Positions 13,060 through 24,906 of a stretch of 44,113 nt of DNA are shown in pieces. The stretch is from contig LWCA01000181.1 in assembly GCA_001642005.1 (NCBI GenBank), positions 1 through 44,113 on the forward strand, in the 5' to 3' direction. Origin of the DNA: Intoshia linei (lineage: Eukaryota > Animalia > Orthonectida). The notes beneath the pieces were generated by a model. The model ran no database searches. It worked only from the letters and a program-made list of their open reading frames with translations, and was not told the origin of the DNA. The position numbers were made by a program, and so were the translations under genes. Position 1 is the first letter of the stretch; every line of letters begins with the position of its first letter.

Positions 13060-13395
13060 NCATTACTTTTTACTTTAAAGTAAATTATTCCATCTTAATT
13101 TTTTTTGTTAACACATTTGTGTAACGAATTTTAAAAACAGTTATTATCCAATTTTTTTAATTTATTAGACAGAATGTGTNAAGTTCAATGTCAAATAGAT
13201 TAAATACAATTGAAAACACTGTTATAATCAATTCCAATCGAAGAAAAAAGAACTGCGGTATATTGTCTATTTTTATTGATGTCATACTCAAACCTCAAGT
13301 TTTACCAGTATTTTTTTGTTTTTTTTATTTTTATCTTTGTTTAGTATACAATTACATACAGTTTATCAAAGGTTATTCTTTAAAATTATAAATTA

Positions 13396-14537
13396 CTAGG
13401 TTAACTGTTATGTACTACGTACAAACAGGACCTAGCTCTGCCGAGGGCACATTTTTATTATACTTAAAAAATAAATTCACATTGAAAATCTAATTTAAAA
13501 ATCCTACTATTCACTATTATCAATCCTTTAAAAGAGTGGTTCCCAAATTTATTTTAGGTGGAACCATCATATCACATTACTTTTTACTTTAAAGTGACAT
13601 ATTTTAGTCGAATTTTATCAAAATTGCAAAGGATTGTAATAAATATAAAAATGATATTAACAAAGTTGTTTTAGTTTCGTTGTTTAGTTTCTATTTAAAT
13701 TTTATTCAAAATGTATAGAAAATAAAGAATTTGAAATTTAAAAATTGTGTAGCAATGAAAAAAATTCCGAAGGAATAAATTATATAGATTTTCACCCATA
13801 TTTCTTTATTGGAAATATGTACACGTTCACTGCACATTTTTTTTTGAAATTGTAGTATCAATATTTACATTTTCAATTTTTATTTTTATTGAAATATTTG
13901 AAAAATATTGGTTGATAATATATTAAAAATCATTTTTCATCGGGAATGCGTAGATTCCTCGGGTTGAACTTTTATATTTATATCAACTGGAATAAGCTCT
14001 ATCAGAATAATCTTTCTTTTTTTTTTAATTTTCGGATAATTAATTATTTTATATTTTTTTTAATAAAATATTGCAAAAAAAAAATATGAATACTAAAATT
14101 TTTTTTTGACCATGAATTATTCGGATTGAAATTTTCTGTGTATGTTAACAGATACAACTATACCACCTGTAAAATTTTTAAAATTCTAGGGCTGTTTTCA
14201 TTAAAAAAAGAAGGGTAATTTGGGGTTTTGGCTCTGAAGATATAATTTTTTTAAATTTAAATTTATGATAATTTTTATGATTTTAAAATCCGTATCAGCC
14301 TATATATTTTTTTAAATTCTTGAACTCGTTTGATTTTGAAAAAGTGGGATGAAAAATAGAGACAATTGGGGTTTTTGACTCGTAAGATGTGAGTTTTGGA
14401 GGTTGAAATTTATTCTATTATACGGTCCGGAAAAAACTGTATTTGAAATGTGGACTTTATAAAATTCTAAGACTGGTAGTTATTTCAATAAAGTGGCACA
14501 CAAACAAAAATCGCGTAGGATATTATATAAGTTAGGA
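13396..14537 (-). mobile_element. Helitron-like copy 4 (full length)
   Basis: Minus strand reads A|TCCTAACTTATATAA ... CTAG|T, i.e. inserted between A and T with no TSD. Confidence 0.8.
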
Positions 14538-14775
14538 TAGGATGTATGAGGCAGATATTCTTTAACTTTGGTGCCCATTGCGCTCACGTGTGGATGTGTT
14601 TGATAAGTTAAATACAATTTAATTATAAATATATTAAAAATTATGTTTCACCGAGAATGTCTAGATTTCTGGGTTAAAATTTTGTATTTGTATCAACTGA
14701 AATAAGGTGTATCAGAATATTTATTTTTTTTAATTGTAGGACCGTTCATTATTTCAAATTTTTACCCTTTTTTAG

Positions 14776-15752
14776 ATGGTACATTACTCATTTTTCTTTT
14801 GGTTACCTTTATATCTAACAAAATATGTGGACAATAAATATGACGCAAATTCTATAGCTATAGCTTATGATGTTGCTACAATATTTTGTAATTTTTGCTT
14901 TCTTTATTTTATAAATTAACCTTTTTAGCGTCCATTATTGGTGGAATAGTCATAGTAATTTTTAAATAATATATCAAACATATTGCAGTAATGAATTCAC
15001 TTTAATATTCAAATCTTTGCAAATGAGTTTTTGATAGATTAAGTAATAAATGTTCAGTGGTTCTGTATTAAAAATTGTAGAGATTATTATATTTTATTAA
15101 TTTGTTAATTACATATAATTTTATAATAGAATTGCACCAAAACCCGATCACCATTATTAACAATATTGTGCATAATTTCTATACCATTTCTATTGGGATT
15201 CGTTTGTAATTATTGATATTTTTAATCATAATACTAATCTGATTTTATAGTTAATCCGTCAAATGTAGCAGTACTCATATTCATGATTATTGTTATGGGT
15301 TTAGTTGTAGGTGGACCTAATGTTTTGATAAGTTCAGCCGTTTCTGTTCATATAAGTAAATTTTGTACATTTTATAAATTAATTGATAATTAGGTTCAGA
15401 TAAGAATAAAATTAAGGATGTATCAGCAGTGACTGGATTTTTAGGTTAATGTTAATTAAGGTTTATTTAAAAAAAAATTATTAGATGGAATTGGTTCAAC
15501 TTGCGTTGGAATAATTCAAGTAAATAAAAAATGATAAATATTTATTGTTTTAGGCTATAATACCTTTAATTATAGAAAAATATGATTGGAGCGGCGTTTT
15601 TATTGTATTTCTGACTTTGGTATTATATTTTTTAATTTTTTTTATAATTTATATTGCTTTAGCAAATATTGTCTTTAATTACATTATTGTATATTGTTAA
15701 AATGGATAAAGTTTGGAAAATATTCGTCAAAGATAAACATTTGTCTATTTAA
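14776..15752 (+). CDS. SLC37A3: SLC37-family sugar-phosphate exchanger (MFS), 3' half, 8 exons
   Basis: Spliced translation: MVHYSFFFWLPLYLTKY..IAYDVATIF / SSIIGGIVI / NCTKTRSPLLTILCIISIPFLLGFV / ..MGLVVGGPNVLISSAVSVHI / ..SAVTGFL / DGIGSTCVGIIQ / ..YDWSGVFIVFLTL / ..HLSI*. It matches SLC37A3 motifs YSFFFWLP, GGP...ISSA and VTG..DG.GS. All introns are GT-AG and phase-consistent; TAA at 15750-15752. Confidence 0.88.
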
Positions 15753-15862
15753 TTACTTTGAATTATATGTTAAATTGTAAAATTTTACTGTAACATGTTA
15801 TGTATTTATATTTTAATACATTTTATAAATTTTAATCCTTTACTTATATGTTTATACTTATA

Positions 15863-16970
15863 CTAAATTGACTGTTATGTACTACGTACAAACAGTACTT
15901 AGCTCTGCCGAGGGCACATTTTTATTATACCAAAAAAATAAATTCACGTTAAAAATCTAATTTAAAAATCCTACTATTCACTATTATCAATCCTTTAAAG
16001 GAGTAGTTCCCAAATTTTTTTCAGGTGGAACCATCATATCACATTACTTTTTACGTTAAAGTGACATATTTTAGTCGAATTTTATCAAAATTGCAATGGA
16101 TTGTAATAAATATATTAAATGATATTAACAAAATTGTTTTAGTTTCGTTGTTTAGTTTTTATTTTAATTTTATTCAAAATGTTTTAAAAATGAGAATTTA
16201 AAATTTAAAAATTGCGTATCAATGAAAAAAATTCCAAAGGAATGAATTATATAGATTTTCACCAATATTGCTTTATTGGAAATGTGTACACGTTTACTGC
16301 AAATTTTTTTTGAAATTGTAGTATCAATATTTACATTTTCAAATTTTATTTTTATCGAAATATTTGAAAAATATTAGTTAATAATATATTAAAAATCATT
16401 TTTCATCGGGAATGCGTAGATTCTTCTGGTTGAACTTTTATATTTATATCAACTGGAATTAGCTCTATAGAATAATCTTCGAACCGTTAATTATTTCACA
16501 TTTTTTTTAATAAAATATTTCGAAAAAAAATATGAATACTAAAATCCTTTTTTGACCATGAAGTCTTCACTTATTCGAATTGAAATTTTCTGTGTGTGTG
16601 TTAACAGATACAACTATACCACCTGTAAATTTTTTGAAATTCTAGGGTTGTTTTCATTAAAAAAAGAAGGATAATTTGAAGTTTTAACTCTGAAGATATA
16701 ATTTTTATGATTTTGAAATCCGTATCAGACTATATATTTTATTAAATTCTCGAACTCGTTTGATTTTCAAAAATAGGGAAACTTGGGGTTTTTGACCCGT
16801 AAGATGTGAGTTTTGGAGTTAACATTTATTTTTCTAATACCTCTGAAAAAACTGTAATTGAAATGTGGACTTTATAAAATTCTAAGACTAATAGTTGTTG
16901 AAATAAACGGTAACACACACACACAGACACACACACAAACAAATATTGCGTAGCATCTTATATAAGTAAA
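15863..16970 (-). mobile_element. Helitron-like copy 5 (near full length), followed by another 3' end at 16976-17040
   Basis: Closely similar to copy 4 throughout, with a (CA)n tract at ~16914-16940. Confidence 0.8.
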
Positions 16971-18070
16971 ATTAACTAGCTTGACTGTTATATACTTTGT
17001 ACAAAAAGTAGCTAGCTTTGTCGAGGGCGAACTTTTTTAATATGACACTAAAAAATTAAATTAGATGTAACATAGATCTAATGTTGCACGTTAATAATCG
17101 TGATCAGCATAATTATTATGATGATCAGAGTTGCCAGATTGTGCGTTTTCAACGCACTTTGTAAAAATTGTCACGGGACCACCGTTTACTGCGGTCAAAG
17201 TTTTTTTTAAGAATTACCCTTCTCCGTGAAGTCAATTTACAATTAATATTGTTTTTTACCAATAATAAAATTGATGGGTAAACATATACCTATAGACCTG
17301 TATAAAAATAATTTATTAATTATTTAATTACCTTAATTAATTATTTCTAAATTTGGCGCAACATCGATAAACTAAATGAAATAAAAAAAATTTCTCGATT
17401 AACTACTAACATTACACGAAAAATCATTTTGTTTCGGCTTACCCATATATCAATCTTGTTAACTATCAAGGATGCAACTGGTAGATATAAATTCCATATA
17501 TTAAGATATAAGCATTATGGTGTCACATTTTTTCGAAAATTTTAGAATTCGATGAGAAATTAGCACTAAAAGTGTGTATTTTTAACATAAAAATACTAAT
17601 TCGCAATCAAAAACATTTAACGCTATCTATTCAAGTTGCGTTTGTCATTTTAAATATACCTTTAAAAATATTATGGAAAAATTAAAACTAAACTTTAATT
17701 TAACGGAAATTGGCGTTTGAGCTTTTAAACGTAGTACCGATTTTATAATATTGTTCAACGTTTTTAGTTATACAGTTTATTTTTTTAAATTTGTTTCTAG
17801 CTTAATTTTTTTGAATTTTATTAACGATTTAATTTCTCGAATTCTGGCAATTTACATTATTTAATTTGTAATTCAATGCATAATATGCATTGCATATAAT
17901 TTAGCAAAAATTTGTATTTGTAATTTTATAATTATAATAATTTGTAATTGCAAAAATTTTGTATGGATTTGTAACTAAATTTTATTAAATAAATTTCGTC
18001 TGTATATTTAAAACTTTAAATTTTAGCATATCATTAAAAAAAACTAAAAATTTAATATGACAATGTATCA

Positions 18071-19231
18071 TTACAATATAATTTCATTGAATTGGCTTTC
18101 TTCCATTTCTAAATTGAGACAGATTGTTTTTTTGACAGGAACAAATTGTCTAAATTTTTATATTGAAAATAATGAAAATATTGAATTTAATACTCAACTA
18201 TGATATTAGCCATTTGAAACAATTTTTCTGCGGCTAAATACTTTTCAGAATTTTTTTTATGGTTCAAATAAAAAATGGATTTAATGCGTGATTGAATTAT
18301 TAATTTCGCGCATTCATTGCAAGGATAGTTTGTTACATACATTGTACAACCATATAGATTGGCACTGTGCTTGTTGGTTATGGCATTCATTTCGGCGTGG
18401 CATACTATACGCAAAATATATAAATGGTAGTCTTTTTTTTGTAAAATAGAGAGTATTATATAAAATATGACTAGTTATGATATCTTTGGAAAAGCTCACA
18501 TTTTTAATGCTATAAATGAATTTTTGAATATTAACATTTTTTTTATTTTTTAAGTTTCATGCCAGATTTTAAGAACATTACCATATAAAGATTTTCTATT
18601 AAGTATATTAGGATCCGTCTTTCCCCATGGTAACTGTTTATCTGATATCCCAGATGGAAAACCATTGTATCCCATTCCAACTATATGATTAAATTCGTTT
18701 ACAATACACGCTCCAACCTAAATTTAAAAAAATGAATCCCGTCAGGTCATTTTTAATTTTACTTCTCAACTCAGTTTTACTTTTATATTGTATACCTATT
18801 ATTCTCAATCTTTATTACATTGAGGTATACTGAAAGTGCATGAAACCCGTATGCAGCATGCGGTGGGGAAAATTTCAAATATCGTTTCATAGAAAATATA
18901 GAAGAAAAGAATAAATTCGACCAAAATTTTAGTTTTGCAGCCAGCGAAATATTTTTTTTTTATTTTGTTTATCAAGAAAATTGAAATACCTGTGTTCTGG
19001 GATCTTTACTTCTTTGGGCAGATAAAAGCGCTGAAGCCATAAAATAATCTCCCCAGTTGATATATTCTTCCCTATCTATAACAATAAACTTAAATAAATT
19101 TATGTATACGTTCCAGTTTATTTTTACTGTTTACATTTGAATGATAAAAAAGTTTTTATTTTATGAAATATACAGTATTATAAAAGTTGAACAAGATTAT
19201 AATTATATAAAAAATAATTACATATTTCCAT
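18071..19231 (-). CDS. DCTD: dCMP deaminase, 5 exons
   Basis: Exons: 19231-19222 (MEI, tentative); 19075-18990 ([28 protein letters not shown]); 18717-18582 ([18 protein letters not shown]); 18404-18194 (VCHAEMNAI...[12 protein letters not shown]); 18149-18071. The Zn motif HAE...PCxxC is intact and phases are consistent. Confidence 0.95.
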
Positions 19232-20502
19232 TTTTATTCAGCTTGAAGTTAATATAAAACTTGATTAATATGTTTATATTTAAGTGTTATTAAATGGATA
19301 ATATCTTTTGAAGTAATTATAAAAATATTCTTGCATAATTACTATGCTGATATTCAAACTTGTTTAATGAGATTCGTATTATTCATTTTAGTTTGTTTGT
19401 AAGAAATTCCAAATGTACAATTAATTTAAAATATAAAAATTAATCATGTACAAGTTACGAAATCCATATTCATATGATATAAATTGAGTCGTTTTTTTAA
19501 ATTTTTTAGAATATATTAATTTGGTGTTTTCACCATGAAGATATACGTTTCAGAGTTTAGATTTACGACAATGTTAATCAATTTTCAAAATCGTCCCAGA
19601 ATGTATATTTTTTTAAATTTTAAGCATGATTTTTTTATAAAAAAAATAATTAGGTTTTGACCCTAAATTACTCTTTTTCTGAAAATAAATAAAAAAATAA
19701 TTTTCGATATTGCATAAATCTTAAATAGATGTATTAGAAATTGAGTTTTTTTTTAATTTTATTTTTATATATTTTACAAATTAATGTAAATGAATTCATA
19801 TATTTGATTCAGACTGAAAAATATAAGAAATAATGCTTTTTCAATTAAAAATGTACTACAATTTATCTATATCTCAAAATAAAAGTCAAAAATCTATATC
19901 CAGATCTCATTTATTATAGAATTGTAGTAAAATATAAAAATTATTTATTTAAAATTTAGGACGAATTAAATTAATATACTTATTAAAAATATAAACAAAA
20001 ATAATAAATAAGGTAAACTCAATAATAATCCTAAATGTATTAAATAATACAATATAATACAATAAAAATATATATCAAGTTTAACAACCGGTATATTTAT
20101 TAGTGAACTAAAAAATAAAATTTTCAAAAATTCATTCTTCAGTAAAATACAAAATGTACACATTAATAGTTTGTACATTTTTTTTGCTTAATGTTATATC
20201 AGGTATAAAAATCAAAATATAAAATTTGTGTTTATTGTAATCTTGTAGCAAATGATTTTCAAAATGTGGAAATCACACATGGCAGCGATAAAGATTTTCC
20301 AGATAATATACAAAATTGAGTTATTGAGTATTGCAAATATAGAATTGAGTGATACAATACCGATTGAAATTGATGGAGTTGAAATTAATAATGACAATAC
20401 GTCAAATCCAGTATTTATTCAAAATATTTAATTATATTTATGATATTAATATCATAAATTAATAATAATTATTATTTGATATTATTAATCATTCATGTAT
20501 GG

Positions 20503-21225
20503 CATGGGTGATTAACCTGGGTCGTCTGCACCACAGGGGGTGACAAACCCGTTTTTTTTTTGAAAGGAGTGCTAGAAAATTTTAGAATAAAAACCATTTT
20601 ACGAATAAATTTTTTTAAACTTGGATGAAGTTTCAAAAATAAAGTTAAATTCATTACAAATTCTATTTATTAATTTAACATTTTGAAATATTAAATATTT
20701 CAATATGTAAATATTAACATATTTTAAAAAAAATAGAGTGATGTTTATATTCGTTATGGATTCACTAAAATAATTAATATTGATAAATCGGAAAAACCAC
20801 AGTGTTTTTTGTGTTGAAAAGTTTTTTCTAATTCAAATTTAAAACCATTTTATCCAACAATTTTTATTTCATAGGTGCACCTTGAAGTAGAAATGGTTAA
20901 GATAAACTGTTTTAGAAATTGGCGGAGTATTAATATATTTTATAATTAAATGTATGGTTTATAATTAACAATGTTAAAAAATGTTACTTTAAGTATACAG
21001 TGTACTCTTAAATGTGGATTAATTAATAAATTATCTATCAGAACATACTATTAATGTTAAGATTTTGACAAATTTATAAGTTATTAATTTTTTTTAGAGA
21101 TTATTTGTTACTAATAAAAAAAATTTTTAGATTTTGTATTTTGTGAAATAAAATAGAAAAATCACCCCTATATTAGAAAATTGTACCCAAGGGGGCGATT
21201 CGTCCACCATTGAAAACGCCTGATG
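20503..21225 (+). mobile_element. Non-autonomous element carrying a hAT/Buster N-terminal BED-finger fragment
   Basis: 20747-20846 reads YIRYGFTKIINIDKSEKPQCFLC*KVFSNSNLKP, matching the Buster/ZBED8-type YGF...KPQC..C....N...KP pattern. GC-rich end blocks at ~20503-20550 and ~21185-21225; boundaries are approximate. Confidence 0.6.
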
Positions 21226-21915
21226 TAAATTAAAAATCTGGTATCAACCCTTTTTAATTTCATTTTTGTCCATTTTTGGGGTCTTTATTCGTGACAATAA
21301 TTTATTTAATTGTATCCATTTAATATAACAATTTCCCAATGATAACACATTGTGTAATACAATGTCACCATCGCTGGTATTTCTAGCGTTAATTTAGGAT
21401 TATTGCTGTATATAAATTATACAGTATAATTTATGTAACATTTAAAATTATTTCATAGAACATTAAACACTATTACAACAAAAACAAGCGTGCTGTTATA
21501 TAAATGAAATTGGTTAGGTGTAACAACCTTAGAATTCGACAATTTGTATATATTAGTTGATTATAATTAGAAATTATTAAAATGTAATCATTCCATTATC
21601 GTTTTTATTAATAGACTGGTTTATTCGCTCATGGATCAAATTTATACGATATAGAACCAATGGATGAAAATGATCCCAACAATGCTAATGGAAAAGGTCA
21701 TATAATTACAAACGCTAATATCAATGAAGGTAGATTTTTATATACTTTTATTCAATTATTTTTTATTCGTAAATTATAATTAAAAAATTGTAAAATTAAT
21801 TATGTATAATTAACTTTTAATTAAAATTGTATTATACTATTTAGTTTATTCATTTATTGTTTGAGTAGTTTGACACTCTAATACAGAGTCAAACTTTGTC
21901 GTGCTTGAGCTCTAC

Positions 21916-21972
21916 TCCCGAAAATTTAAAAATATGCTCCCCGAAAATTTAAAAATATGCTCCCAAAAAATT
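21916..21972. repeat. Short tandem repeat, ~23-bp unit x2.5
   Basis: CTCCC(C)GAAAATTTAAAAATATG repeated. Confidence 0.8.
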
Positions 21973-22254
21973 ATGGAACACGATGCATAATTATATATCC
22001 ATAGCTACCATACATGAGTCTATTCTTGATCGTTTAAATGTGAAAAACTTTAAATTTAAAAAATAATGACGCTAATTTTACAAAAATTTAGTCAAGGCCC
22101 AAAGTGGGATCTCGTATGAAAGTTTGGTTATCTTTAGTCAATAGGGTTAGTGGTAAGTTTTCAAAATGAAATTGTCAACTGAATAATAATAAAAACGATT
22201 AAATATATAAAAATAATAATATATATAAACGATAAAAATCAATATTAATCAAAG

Positions 22255-23081
22255 GATAATAAAAAATATACAAATAATAATAACAAAGTTGTATTATTTT
22301 TAGTTTCGTTGTTGTAGTTTAAATTTGAAACAAAATGTTTTGAAAATGAGAATTTAAAATTTAAAATTTGCGTAGCAATGAAAAAAATTCCGAAGGAATG
22401 AATTATATATATTTTCACCCATATTTCTTTATTGGAAATGTGTAGACGTTCAATGCACATTTTTTGAAATTGTAGATTTACATTTTCATTTTTGATTTTT
22501 AATTGGCATATTTGAAAAATATTGGTTGATAATATATTAAAAATTATTTTTCATTGGCAATGCGTAGTTTTCTCGGGTTGAACTTTTGTATTTATATCAA
22601 CTGGAATAAGCTCTATCACGATAATTTTTTTTTTTTTTAATTTTCTGACCTTTAATTATTTCACATTTTTTGTTTTAATAAAATATTTCGGAAAAAAATA
22701 TATGAAAATTGAAATGCTTTTTTGACCTTGAAGTTGTCATTTATTTTGATTGAAATTTTATGTGTGTGTTAACAGGATACAACTGTACGACCTGTAATTT
22801 TTTTAAATTTAAATTTATAATAATGTTTATGATTTTAAAATCCGTATCAACGTATATATTTTTTTAAATTCTCCAATCGTTTGATTTTCAAAAAAAAGGA
22901 TAAATGGGGTTTTTGACCCGTAAGATATGAGTTTGGGAGGTTAAAATATAATTTGCGAACACCCCCAGAAAGAACTGTAATTGAAATGTAGACTTTATAT
23001 AATTCTAAGGCTGGTAGTTATTTCAATAAATTGGAACACACACACAAACAAATATTGCATAGCATATTATATATGTAAGGA
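22255..23081 (-). mobile_element. Helitron-like copy 6 (lacks 3' end), abutted by a plus-strand fragment at 23083-23400
   Basis: Family internal blocks and the 5' terminus ...TATATGTAAGGA|T. Confidence 0.7.
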
Positions 23082-23819
23082 TTTATCTAAAAATTTACGT
23101 CTGTCTGTGTTCTGTTTGTTTGTTGCCATTTATTTAAAAACACCAATTTGAAATAAGTTTTTTCGAGAGTGACGTTTTATCGAAAATTTCATTTTCAGAA
23201 ATTGACTTCGTCAGGAATTAATTCCGTCAAAAACCTAAATTATTTTATTATAAAAAATGAAACTAGTCGTCGAATTTTTAAAAATATACTTTCTGATACA
23301 GATTTTTAAACCATGAAAAGTATCATAAATTTCAAGTTCAAAGACATATATCTTCATTGTCAAAAGCAGAAATTAACAATTATTAAAAAAAATTGAAATA
23401 ACCAATAGTTCCAGAACTTTAATTATTTAATATACATTAAAACTATATATTATATATCGTACAAAATTTAAAATACATAAATTATTTACTAAAAGTATTG
23501 AAAAGGTCTTGTTCATTGATCAAATTAGTCAATTTTCAGATAAAAATATTATTATTATATTTTTATGCGATGTATTGATGTATTTTAATGAAAAAAACTG
23601 CTTATATTGAAGATGATCAAGACATTAATAATATGAAAAAACAAATGAAAAACGATTCTGATGATATTGCTGATGATTTATATGATAAAGAATTAAACAT
23701 CGCACCCAGAGAAATGCCGGATTTTAAAATAAACACATTTTACGTATAAATACTTTTCTTGTTGGATCATTCTGTTTATGAATGATAATTTTCAGATATT
23801 ACTAATCTGTCTAATAATA

Positions 23820-23937
23820 CAGTGTTGTGCACTGAGATACCAGCTATTGTGCAACTAAATAAACACTAGTTTGTATCTAGTTGCACAATAGTGTTTATTA
23901 AGTTGCAAAATCGCTCGTATCTCAGTGCACAACACTG
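23820..23937. mobile_element. 118-bp palindromic (foldback) MITE with TA TSD
   Basis: TA|CAGTGTTGTGCACTGAGATAC ... GTATCTCAGTGCACAACACTG|TA is a perfect 21-bp TIR, and pairing extends to ~50 bp with few mismatches. Confidence 0.9.
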
Positions 23938-24906
23938 TAAGTCTGCCAATGTTGTGGTCTATTGTTTATAGTGTTTCTTTAATCGACTTACCGGTGATGT
24001 TTAGTTTAAAAAAATTTATGTTTTAGCATCCATTGTGTCATAAAACCATTATATACTAAAAAACTTTTAGTAAGATGTTTATGTAACCTAATTTAAATGT
24101 TAGAGCAGAATTAATTAAATCCAAAAGTGGATCCGGCAAAATTAAAAATATTTTTAATTCTTCTAAATAGATTCGTCATTTAAACGCGTTCTACGTTTTG
24201 TAACGAAATTACATTAGAATTTTAAAAAAGACTAATTCTGCGACGCGTTTCAAAATCATTAATGTTATCGTATATCGAAAGCTTATTAACTTATATTTTC
24301 ATGGTCAAAACCATAAATTAAACTTGTGTTTGAAATTAAAGAGTCCCAAAATTTTTAATATACACTCATTTTTTATAATTATATCGATTTATCAATTAAT
24401 AAATCGATTAAAAAATTAAAAATCTGCTCTCGCTAGAGCTATCTACCATTTTCACATAGTACATGACAGAAGAACTGCATTAAAATATTGTAACATTTGG
24501 ATTACAATATATTACATATTTATAATATATTGGATATATATAATACTACGTATCATTATAATTATTATGACATATTACATATTATGTATAAAAATTATTT
24601 TTGATTTCTAGTTTCTTGTGCCAATTGAAATAAAATGGTAGTAAGCATAAGAAAATGAAAACACTAGACAATGTTTACTTAAATAATACATTACAAAAAC
24701 TTTAATTTAAATCATATTTCAATTTCCACCACATTAAGTATAAAAAACAAAATTAAATATTACAATCAAAATGTACCTAATAAATATAAAAACAATAATT
24801 ATAAATGTCCCATTATTATTTAAAATTTAGTAACCTATTTTTTTAAATTTGTTAAATATACAAAAACATTCGATAGATCTATATTTCACTTTCAAAATTA
24901 TAGAAA

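Larger units (their letters stand above)
20154..23785 (+). pseudogene. Partial duplicate (exons 1-5) of the adjacent metalloprotease, disabled
   Basis: Exons at ~20154, 20249, 21459, 21615 and 23588 parallel exons 1-5 of the gene at 24907 (MYTLIVCTFFLLNVIS; DFPDN..LSDTIPIEIDGV; HYYNKNKRAV; TGLF..YDIEP; KINTFYV*ILFLLDHSVYE). Lesions: deletion/frameshift in exon 2, TAA in exons 3 and 5, and exon-5 donor GT changed to AT. Confidence 0.88.

Noticed and set aside
17126-17855. Possible TIR pair CAGAGTTGCCAGA / TCTGGCAA
   Set aside because: Only an 8-bp exact match and no TSD; too weak to call.
19966-20397. Two hydrophobic minus ORFs similar to the one at 25071
   Set aside because: The similarity arises because the plus strand holds exons 1-2 of the protease pseudogene.
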